Assembly: GCA_951406725.2 (NCBI GenBank) | Contig: OX597834.1 | Location: 30,256,001-30,320,000, forward strand | Source: Octopus vulgaris | Lineage: Eukaryota | Direction of reading: 5' to 3' | DNA length: 64,000 nt | Shown here: in pieces, positions 1 to 11,360 of the stretch | Position numbering within the stretch: position 1 is the first letter of the stretch | Layout of the letters: each line of letters begins with the position of its first letter | The notes under the pieces: generated by a model | Told to the model about the DNA's origin: nothing | The model's input: only the letters and a program-made list of their open reading frames with translations | Database searches by the model: none | Program-made: the position numbers and the translations under genes

Positions 1-2103
1 TGCTTTATTTTTAAAGTAGCAGCTAAAATCTTCAATCCAAAATGGAAAATGGTCAAGTTTACGGAACATAATAATAATAATAATAATAATTTTTTACTAA
101 TATAAAGCACAAGGCTAATAATTTTCATGTGAAAGGATTAGTCTATACGAGCAACCCCAGCACTTGACTTCTACTTTATTTTGTCAATTGCAATAGGATG
201 GAAGTGAAGATGCATAGCCTACTCATGACTGCAAGATCATGGTCTCAATTCCTGGACCAGGTGGTGCCTTGAGGTTTTGGGCAAAACACTTCATTTTACA
301 TTGGTCCACGTCACTCAGCTGTAAACAAGCGACCCTGTGATGGAGCGGTGTCCCATTCTGGAAGGGGAGGTGATCTCAGTCAGCAGTATCCAGGGTTTGA
401 TGACGGTGACAGTGACGATGATGATGATGATGATGAAAGGGTGAAAGGCACAGTTGATTTCAGCAAGGTTTGATCTCAGAAACCTCACGAGCTTGAAGAA
501 ATATTCCAAAGCAACTTTTGTTTTCTTTTTTAGTATTTCTTGTAGCTCTTTACATTCTGAGTTCCAATCCCACTGAAGTTATCTTTTCAGGGCCGATAAA
601 ATAAAGTACCAGTCAAGTACTGCTGGCCTTGTGCCTAAATTAGACTCTAAGAACATGACAGTAATAACTAAAAAGAATAAGACAACTGATTCATCTCTAA
701 AATTTCTCTTGGATAATTAAAATGACTTTGTAATTCCTAAAATAAAAATAATAATAATAATAAACAAAAACAGAAAATAAAGGAAATAGATTTTAGTTTT
801 AGACAAACACAAAATCAACAGCAATCCTGAGAACACACAGAAAGTGATTAATTCAACTGGAAAAAAAAAAAAAAAAACTGACAAATAAAATAATTGAAAG
901 TTATAAAGTCACAGATTAATTATGAAATTGAAATACTGAGTAGCAGTTGATTTGATCTGATGATGTGAGTGATCGTATTGATCCGATACAATAGTGTATG
1001 TTAGGCATCCAAACTATTCACAATCTTGGCTGTTGTTTTAAGAGAAGCCATCTTCTCAACCAAACATTATTTCACAAAAACGAAAAACAAAAAAAAAACA
1101 AAACAAAAAATCTTTTCTTGCAACAAATTGTTGTGTCTTGTCAGAGGTTAATCAATGGTGTTTCACAACAGTCTGTCCCCTAATAAACAATATTGTTTCT
1201 TTGTGCTGGACAGGTTGACAAATGAACTAACCATCACCCAAAAGACTTGGCTGAAAAAACTCTGGTTTCCCCATTTTCCAAAAAAATATAAAATAGTAAA
1301 AGCTATAATCACACACACACACTGCAGGCTTCTGCACAGTTTCTGTCTGCTGAACTCCAGTCACAAAGAAATTGTTGCAAAGTGAATTACTTAACCATAC
1401 AACATGTCTGTATCCATTTCCTATAAGGAGCAGAAGTACACACAATACATGTAGATGTCTAAATGCTTATATATATATATAATATAGATAGATAAACATG
1501 TGTATGTGTATATATATATATATATATATATCATCATCATCATCATCATTGTAATTTAACATCCACTTTCCATGGTGGTGTGGGTTGGACAGTTTGACAG
1601 GAGCTGACCAGGCAGAAAACCACACCAGACTCCTGTGGATTTTCTGGTTGAATACCCTTCCAAATATCACCCATTCTGGAGAGAGGACTGAGTACTTTTT
1701 ACATGGTACGAGCACAAGTGAGGTCAGTTTTGGCAGGGTTTTTACAGCTGGATGCCCTTCCAAACACCAACCACTTTATAAGGTGGACTGGGTGCTTTTT
1801 ACATGGCAGGGTCACTAGGTAACTTGCAAGACAAAGATCCTGTGAGAGGGGAAGGGGACACTAGATGAGATGATCTTGTGACAGATGATGAAAGGTTAGA
1901 GTGTGACAGAGAGACAGAAACAGGAGTCTTGCTGTAGGGGAAGTACGTGGTTACCCGGCCAAGAGATCAAGAACGAGGACAGAAACAGGTAACATAGCCA
2001 TTAAATAATGTAAGACACATATCAGGTGGAGGTCATTATAAGGTGGGCAAACAAGGTACGATGAGGTGATGTGACTATCCAGATATATAAATGTGTGTGT
2101 GTG

Positions 2104-2148
<45 letters not shown>

Positions 2149-4017
2149 CTATATATATATATATATATACGCGGAGTGGTTGGCGTTAGGAAGGGCATCC
2201 AGCTGTAGAAACACTGCCAGATCAGACTGGAACCTGGTGCAGCCCCTGGCTTCCCAGACCCTAGTCGAACCGTCCAACCTGTGCTAGTGCGGAAAACGGA
2301 CGTTAAACGATGATGATGATGATATATATATATATACCACATCACCAGTTCTGCTTACCAAAAGTGGCCCACACATACATACACACACACACATATATAT
2401 ATATGCACAGTTATATAATACACACACACATACATTCATGAGAGTGTGTAGCAGAAAACACATGCTCTGCAAAAGGTAGTTTATTTTGTCTCCATACGAG
2501 ACATCATCAACATATATTTGATATTTGTATAAATTCAGAAATGACACAACTCACTCAACCTCCACATCCAGTCATTTGCCCCTGAATGTCTGAATGTCTG
2601 TGTGCTTGTTTGCATGCTGTGAATTTCAAACCCAGAATCTGGTTCAGTGGAGAAGTCACATGTGGATCTTCCTGCCCATCTTTTGAGGTGGGGACCTACA
2701 TTATATCTGTATGTATATATATATTATATACATACAGAAGACCTGTTGAGGCAAGTGAAAATCAAAATCAAAATCGATCAACATCAATGGAAATTGCAGC
2801 TGTGATACCAGTGCCAGTGGTACGTAAGAGAACCATCCAATCGTGGCCGTTACCAGCCTCGCCTGGCCCCTGTGCCGGTGGCATGTAAAAAGCACCATCC
2901 GATCGTGGCCGTTTGCCACCACGACTGGCACGTAAAAAGCACTCACTACACTCACAGAGTGGCTGGCGTTAGGAAGGGCATCCAGCCGTAGAAACATTGC
3001 CAGATCAGACTGGGCCTGGTGCAGCCTTCTGGCTTCCCAGACCCCAGTTGAACCATCCAACCTATGCTAGCATGGAAAGCAGATGCTAAACGATTATGAT
3101 GATGATGATGATGATGATGATATACAGTAATTGCAATCTCAAAGCAATCGTTTTTATCACAACAAGCTTTTGATCCATCTATTCATCCATCCATTCTCTC
3201 AGCCCACTATTCCTGGAGGAAGGGTTGTAGGGGTAGAGCCCCCAGGCACCACCTCTGTAAGCCCTATCAGAAGCAAGTGTCATTAGCTTTAGTTTTAGAT
3301 TTTAATTGAAACACAAACACCTTAGCACATGCAATGTCAGGCAGGTTTGTATCAAGATGGTTTTGAAGGGAGGATAAAATAAGAAGTTACAGGGTTTGTT
3401 TCAACCATATATAGATGGGTGGCCCCTTAGATGACATTTAGTCTGAAAACAGCTTCAGCCAAGAATTGAAACAATACCGAGGACTTGACTTATCAAGAAC
3501 TTGCTTCCTGTTCTATGGCACCCTTTGTTTAGAATGAATCATAACAGAACGAAGGATGCTGGAAACGAAATGAGTGTCGATATGTTTTGTGCATAAGGTT
3601 TCCATTGTGGATATTTTAAGGTGGAAAATAACTTTAGAAAGGCTTTCACTTCAGAAGGTATTCATTAGTGGTGGTAATAATTAACATTTTGTTAGAAAAC
3701 AAAAGCCAAATCGTTTTAAGGAAAATAGCAGAACAAAGGTTAAAAAGTGTCTCTCATTCTCAGGTTCAGCTGCCCTTTATATATTTGTTTATTATTTTCT
3801 TTTCAGATGGAAAAAAAAAAGGAACAAAAAAAAAAAACCAAAACAAGAAGTGGGAAGGAATAAGAAAAAAACCAAAAGCAAACGAAGAAAATTTCTAAAC
3901 GGAACCTCAAGGAACAAGAAAGAATTCAATATAAACTTTCCAATTCAAAATTCATACTATTATTTCGCACACCTTTAAAAAACCCAGAGAAAGCAACTTT
4001 CATAGAAAATAAATATA

Positions 4018-4424
4018 TATTTCTTTACTACTCACAAGGGGCTAAACACAGAGAGGACAAACAAGGACAGACAAACGGATTAAGTCGATTATATCAACCC
4101 CAGTGCATAACTGGTACTTATTTAATCGACCCCGAAAGGATGAAAGGCAAAGACGACCTCGGCGGAATTTGAACTCAGAACGTAGCGGTAGACGAAATAC
4201 CTATTTCTTTACTACCCACAAGGGGCTAAACACAGAGGGGACAAACAAGGACAGACAAACGGATTAAGTCGATTATATCAACCCCAGTGCGTAACTGGTA
4301 CTTATTTAATCGACCCCGAAAGGATGAAAGGCAAAGTCGACCTCGGCGGAATTTGAACTCAGAACGTAACGGCAGACGAAATACAGCTACGCATTCCGCC
4401 CGGCGTGCTAACGATTCTGCTAGC
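4018..4424 (-). mobile_element. SINE family B (gagctggcagaa...ttctgagttcaaattccgccgagg...gccccttgtggg.agtaaagaaata), here with about 183 bp tandemly duplicated
   Basis: Other copies at about 22790-23012, 29041-29258, 29405-29638, 31251-31468, 43186-43413, and older ones at 47090-47290, 51665-51935, 61755-62350. Confidence 0.9.
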
Positions 4425-7400
4425 TAACACACATTTCTCTCTTTCTCTCTCTTTGTGTGTGTGTGTGTGTGTAGCAATAGAGGTATAACTACTACAGATA
4501 AGTTTAGAGCTCCACAGATTATCCTAATCTAGTCGGCTTCCAGTACAGTGATTAAGTAACTACTAAGTATTACTGGTTATGATATCCAGGGAAAATTTTG
4601 TTGGAGGGATTGTGGTAAACACAAATCTGCATCATTTCTTCCCCTACATATGTTTCACCATTGTGGTTGTTCGGAACCCTGCATTGGTAATTCAAAGTGT
4701 ATTTGGATGCTTCACGAGTGAACTTCAAGGGGAATACTTTATTGCATTGCATTAGACAACTAATGTGTGTGTGTGAAACTATCTATCTTTGCACACAATG
4801 AGCTTTGTTCAGTTTCTGTCAACCAAATCATCCAGGTACTATAGCAGATGACACCTGTGCCCAAGATGCTGAGCAGGGGGACTGAACTCAAAACCCTGAG
4901 GTTGCAAAGCAAGCTTCTTAACTACACACCGATACCTGGGCCTATACACACATCAGGCCGAGAGGAAAACTCTTTAGTGTTGTCCGACAGATAACCCAGC
5001 CTCTGTTGCAATGGTGCTGTGCCAAAATGTCCATAGTGCTGTCTGCAGAATCACTGGCTCCGGGAAGGATGTCCAGCCATAGAAAACAAGACCTTAATTG
5101 AGACATTGTACCACAATGCAGCCTTGTATCTTGCCCGATTCTGTCAAACAACCCAATCTCTGCCTGCATAGAAAGCAAAAGTAAAATGATGACGATGACG
5201 ATGTGGCTCAGTCATGGCTGTGTGGTTAGGACATTTGCTTCCCAACCAAATGGCTTCATGTTCAGTCCCACTGCATGGTACCTTGGGAAAGTGTCTTCTA
5301 CTACAGCCCTAGGCTGACAAAACCTTCTAAGTAGGTTTGGTTGACAGAATCTGGAATTAGATGGGTGTGTGTGTGTGGGTGGATGGATGTGTGTGTATGT
5401 GTGTTATGCTTCTGTCTCCTTGTCTTAACATCATATGATGGCTATAAACAAGCAATACAGCCAAGCAATGCTGTTTACTTCTAGTCTTCCATGAAAGACA
5501 TGTCTGGTCCTGAGCATATACTTCCTTGTCGGGAAACAGTTGAGGGTCGGTGACAGGGAGTGCATCCAGCTGTAGAAAATTTACAAGCTCCAGTCCAACC
5601 CACGCAAGCATGGGAAATTGGACATAATGATAATGATGATGTTTATGATAACGATATATATCAAATTCTCTAAAACCTCCAAAGAAAAACAAACTGTTTA
5701 TTTATCTAGGAGAGGTCACCAATAAAACCTCATTTCAAGGCTATTTAATACTTTGTGACTATTGCTTTGGCTCACTGGGCTGGCTGGTATCTGGTTACCC
5801 ACGTACACAACTTAAAGCACTGAAGAAAGAAAGAAATATAACAATACGTAAAATAGTTAAACGTGGAGATGCGTGGCTTAGGGGCGAGGGTGTTGCATTC
5901 AGGATTGTAAGATTGTGGTTTTAATTCCTGGACCAGGCAATGTGTTGCGTTTTTGAGAAAAACACCTCATTTCACATTGCTCCGGTCCACTCAGCTGGCA
6001 AAAACGAGTCATCCTGTAATGGGCTGGTGTCTCATCCAGGTGGGGGGACTATATATATATGCCACAGAATCTGGGAAACCAGCCATATAAGTGTGGACCT
6101 TGCATTATCTTTTTGAAAATAGTGTGGGTATGGCTTTATGGTTAGGCAGCTTGCTTTCCAACCACAAGATTTTGGGTTCAGTCCCTCTGTACAGCCACCT
6201 GAGCAAGTGTGTTGGGATACAGTTCTGAGATGACAAATGGCTGAGTCAATTTGGTAAACAGAAACTGTGTGAAGTGGTTGGTATTAGGAAGGACCTCAGG
6301 CCACAGGAACCATGCCAAAGCAGACTCTGGAGCATGATGCAGTTCTTGGACCCAACGAGTCCTGCCAAACCATCCAACTCATATCAGTGTGGAACGTGGA
6401 CATTAATTGATATGATGATGATGATGATGATGATAATGATGATGTGTGTCGTTGTGCTTGTTTGCGCCTCACTGACGCTTAACAAATGGTGTTGGTTTAT
6501 TTGCATCCCTGAAACACAGCGGTTTGGCAAAAGGGGGCTGGCAGAATATGTATCAGGCTTGAAAGCATAATAAAAAAAAAAAGAAAAAAGAAGAAAATAT
6601 TGGCATCGATTTGTTCTATTAAAAACTTGAGGCAGTGCTCCAGCATGGCTGTAAGTAAAAGATAAAAGAACCATACACGTTTGCAGAAATATTTACTTTA
6701 CACTGAATTATTGTTATTATTATTATTATTATTATTACTTGATATTAATGTTTAAAGAGTTGTTAATATTATTAGGGAAGTGTCAGAGAATAAACTACAC
6801 AGAAGTATTTTTAGTTAAGGCTCTTCCCTTTCTGTTCAAATCCCACAAGGTCGACCCTGTCTTTCCTCGTTTTGGAGTTTGATAAAATGAAGTTATGTGA
6901 ATTAGAAGAAAAGAGAGATTCCTTTGCTGACCAAATAAAGTAGAAATGCAAATGGTAGCTGTTATTGTACTGAAGCTGACCCCTGCTCTTCACCCTGCAA
7001 AATATGTAGGCCTTCTAAGACCAGTGTTAGGGGCGCATTTTAGGTATTCAAGTCAGTCATGTGAGATTGATAAATCAAGGATCAAAATGGGACAGAAATT
7101 TCAGACTGAGGGAATATATTGGGAACCTAAAATAATATCTTCATGAAAAATATATATAACAGACAGAGCCCTACATATATAAGGTGCAGAGGTGGCTGTG
7201 TGGTAAGAAGCTTACTTCCCAACCGCATGGTTCCACTGGTTGGCACCTTAAGCAAGTGTCTTCTACCATAAACTCTTGATTGACCAAGACTTGTGAGAGG
7301 ATTTGGTACAGGAAAACTGAAAGAAGCTTGTCATATATTATGTGTGTGTGTCCTTGTGTTTGTTCCTCCACCAGCGCTTGAGAACTGGTATTGGTTTGTT

Positions 7401-7940
7401 TACATCCCCATAACTTAATGATTCAACAAAAGAGACTGATAAAACAAGTACCAGGCTTTGTTTGACTAAACATTCAAGGCAATGCTCCAGCATGGCCACA
7501 GTGCAATGACTGAAACAAGTAAAAAATATATATATATGCACACACGTCTTCTACTGTGGCCCAGAGGATAACCAAGCCCTTGTCAGTGGATTTGGAAGAT
7601 GGAAAATGAAAGTAACCCATCATGTATGTATGTGTGTGTGTGTGTGTGCGTGCATGTGTGTGTGTGTGTGTGTATGTGTGTGTGTGTGTTTACATTTATG
7701 CTTTTCTGGTAACTGTTGAAGTTGTCCTTTCCCTTGTCTGCTAGCTTTAGACCTTTAAAGATGTGTGCGGAATAAGTTATCCGTTTGCTTGGAAAAAGCA
7801 TCTGGCTGTAAAACTAATGCCTTGATAATCTAATCGTTTAATCCACGCTAACAGTGAAAAACAGACATAAAGAATCCACATTATGTATGGAATGACCTAA
7901 TGTATGTATGTATATTATATATATATATATATATATATCT

Positions 7941-8102
7941 ATCATCATCATCATCATCATCATCATTTAGCGTCCGTTTTCCATGCTAGCATGGGTTGGA
8001 TGGTTTAACTGGGGTCCGGCTTCACAGACCCCAGTTAAACCGTCCAACCCATGCTAGCATGGAAAACGGACGCTAAATGATAATGATGATGATGATGATG
8101 AT
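7941..8102. repeat. Near-perfect inverted repeat: 76-bp arms, 10-nt loop
   Basis: Arms 7941-8016 and 8027-8102 with two mismatches; derived from the family C 3' end. Confidence 0.95.
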
Positions 8103-9921
8103 ATATATATATATAGACATGCATACTGATATCAAAAAGTGTCTGAATGAAATGAATGAAAATTAAACCAATTCCTTAAAAACCAGACAAGGTAAATAAC
8201 AACTGATAAAAAACTAAAAAAAATTTAATTAAAATCCTGCTTAATCTATTTTCTCAGTGTAAAATCTACAGGACAAGATTCTATTAACAGAATACAATTT
8301 TTCATATTTATGGACACAAACTTGTAAGTATGGTCTTTTGATTTGGCAATCTCTCTCTCTCTCTCCCTCCATGTTCTCTCTCTTTCTCACTCACACACAT
8401 CCACACGCAACCTTTGTATGAAATCTATAATGAAACAGAAGTGTTAAATAAAAGCAATTTATGAAAGTTGACTGCAAGACAGCATTCAAGCCATGGTGCC
8501 AAATATTTGGTGATTGGAGAGAATCGTGAAAGTAATTCTTCAAGGGCCAGAAAACTTTAAACAGCAAAGATAAACCATTAGGACAGAAAAATAGTCCAAC
8601 TAAATAAAAAAAACAAGTTTCGAAATTTAATACAAAAAAAAGTAACAAAAATAATTTTTAAAAAAAAGGCAGCTGAAACTGACTCGTCACGCCAAAATGG
8701 ATGCAAATGTGTGAATTGTGTGTGAAAAACTCATTCTTCAAAAACCAAACAAACATGAAGCTCACAAGAGAAGTGACAAACTTGGATATTAGAAGACGTT
8801 TATGTAGAACTCAAGACCAAAACTGATTCCATTGATATAACAATACCTAATATTGAGAAGGTTGGTTACTCGGTATTAGACAAGATTCCACAACATTTCT
8901 GTTTCTGCTATATTTTCCGGCATTATAAGACAACTTTTAGAGAGTAAAATTTACAGCCAAAACAAGTAGGTCGACATATAGAACCAAGACAACTTTGGAG
9001 GGCCAAAATTTCTATGTGAAATGCAGCAGAATTTTGAAAGATAGAGATGATGTTCAAATGTTTACACTTAAATACTATGTCGGCTTGTATGCCGGAAAAT
9101 AGGGTAAATATCTGAGGCAAGTTTTTTTTATTTAATATTTTAGAATTTTGTAGGTAAGATTGCAAATTTCTTGGAAAACTTTATTTCCAGAAATGAAACA
9201 TATTTTACAAGCATCTCTCTCATGCTACGAAAGTGTTGCCTTCCAAAATAATCTTGCCATGATATAAAATTCCATAAATCAAAATCTACTTTTCCATTGG
9301 ATGTGGAAGTTAACGAGAAATATGTTCTATGTTATGGAATTTGGCGTTACAGCAAGATTTTCCAGAACACAACACTTTTGAAACATGGGGAGCTGCAAGT
9401 AAAATACATCAACACTATGTTTCAATCAACTTCATCTCCCATTATCATCATCAGGCATTTTATTATTATCACAAGTCTATTAACTCTGTCTAATCCCCTC
9501 TCTCCATATTCTCTCTGATAGTCAAATTCTTGCACCTTGAAGGTACACCCTTACACTCCATCAACACCATCTCTTTTCTCTCCTCCCAGGTAGGGGTCAC
9601 CATGTATTTCCTCTAAAATAAAACACTTGTTTCTCTCCTCTTAACACTTGGCCCAAAGCCACCTCCCAGAATACAATAGTCCCACTCAGTTGAGGGGTTC
9701 CCTGTCTTGTGAGATATTTAGGGACCTCACTAGTGCCAATGCCACATAAAAAGTACCTAGCACAATCAGTGCTTTGGTCGGTGTTAGGAAGAAGGGAATC
9801 CAGCTGTAGAAACCATGCCAAAGTAGACACAGGAGCTTGATGCAGTTCTCTGGCCCATCGGATCTTATCAAACAGCCCAACCCTGCCAGTATGGAAGATG
9901 GACATTAAATGATAACGATGA

Positions 9922-9968
<47 letters not shown>

Positions 9969-10048
9969 ATGTAGGATAAAATTTTTTTCGAAAAAAAAAT
10001 TTTTTATCAACGGCCGGTATATTAAAAAATACCTTTAAAGGTTAAAAT

Positions 10049-10196
10049 TATAAACAACTTATAAATAAGGGCAAAGGAAAAAATTTCTAATGCCAAATAT
10101 GCTGAAAATTGGACATATTGTCCATTACCATATAATTATATGGCATATTCGGCATTAGAAATTTTTTCGTTTGCCCTTATTTATAAGTTGTTTATA
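10049..10196. repeat. Inverted repeat: 54-bp arms, 40-nt loop
   Basis: Arms 10049-10102 and 10143-10196 with two mismatches; inside a TA-flanked insert. Confidence 0.92.
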
Positions 10197-10844
10197 TATA
10201 TATGCGGGTGGCACGTAAAAAGCACCCACTACACTCATGGAGTGGTTGGCGTTAGGAAGGGCATCCAGCCGTAGAAACACTGCCAGATCAGACTGGGCCT
10301 GGTGCAGCCTTCTGGCTTCACAGACCCCAGTTGAACCGTCCAACCCATGCGAACATGGAAAGCGGATGCTAAAATGATGATGATGATGATGATGATATAT
10401 ATATATACACACACATAGATATATGTGTGTATTTATGGTGGTCCCAGACTGAATTTAAATTATAAACCTTTATTTCCAAACTAAGAGAAAGGTTACTGAT
10501 ACAAGTATACGACAATCCTTAGTTAGAAATAACAACTTCAGAGGCTGCATTCAAACTTGGAGAATAAAACATTTGATGATGATTAGAGATCAAAACCAAC
10601 TGAAACATAGTGAAGTTATCAATATTGAGGACAAAAAAATATTTTGTCTTCTAAGACGAGAAGAAATTGAAAACTTTAGAATAATCTAATATCTGTCTCC
10701 ATTATCCAAATTTATCAAACCTTCCATTGCTTGTTTGTTTTTTTTTTGTTGTTGTCTGGTTTTGGTTGTGGTTGTTATTGTCATTGTGGTTGTTGTTATT
10801 ATTATTATTATTTATTATTATTATGATTATTTCTGCTTCATTCT

Positions 10845-11360
10845 TTAACATTCATTACAGACCTTACTATGTGGAAGTTGCAACTTTAAGTTTTTAGCAT
10901 TCTTTTTGTCTACAATAGACTGCTGTACTTCCTGCCCGTCAGTATTGCTGTCGGCGGGGCATGCTTGTGGATCGCTCTCGCTGGCTTCCGAGCTGTTACA
11001 AGGAACGGTGGGACACGTCTCCTTGGGAACATTACACTGATTTTTTTGTACGCCAACTCGAAGATCGGCAGTGTTTTTGCACTGAGCGACGGCGACTGTC
11101 GGAGCTGACATTCTCGCCTGCCTTTTGGCATGTGCTTTTGTCATGGTCAGTGTTGTTGATGTAGTTGTTGTTGTTTTGGTGTTGGTGTGGTTGAAATGCA
11201 TGGGGTTCTTGTTGCTAGGTAAGGGAATGGCAGTCATTGGGCATTTAGTTTGGAATGGTGAGGGTGTTGTGTCGAGACGAGTATTCCGAGATGGACTTAG
11301 ATACCCCTTACGTCGGAGGATTGCTTTAAACAATTTCGCTTCGTTCCTGTGGATGGGTGG
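10845..11360 (-). CDS. Candidate alternative terminal PKN exon (PPIHRNEAKLFKAILRRKGYLSP...KVCNEC*), 171 aa
   Basis: Non-repetitive 516-nt stop-free frame in phase 0 after a pyrimidine-rich acceptor (tttccatttcag). It starts with an E-x-x-L-F-x-x-I alphaG-like pattern. AATAAA lies on the minus strand at 10811-10816 and 10469-10474. Confidence 0.65.
   Translation of the reverse strand, partial: PPIHRNEAKLFKAILRRKGYLSPSRNTRLDTTPSPFQTKCPMTAIPLPSNKNPMHFNHTNTKTTTTTSTTLTMTKAHAKRQARMSAPTVAVAQCKNTADLRVGVQKNQCNVPKETCPTVPCNSSEASESDPQACPADSNTDGQEVQQSIVDKKNAKNLKLQLPHSKVCNEC

Noticed and set aside
4570-4752. 60-aa minus-strand ORF as the missing kinase C-terminus
   Set aside because: No similarity to subdomains X-XI or the AGC tail, and no compatible acceptor phase.
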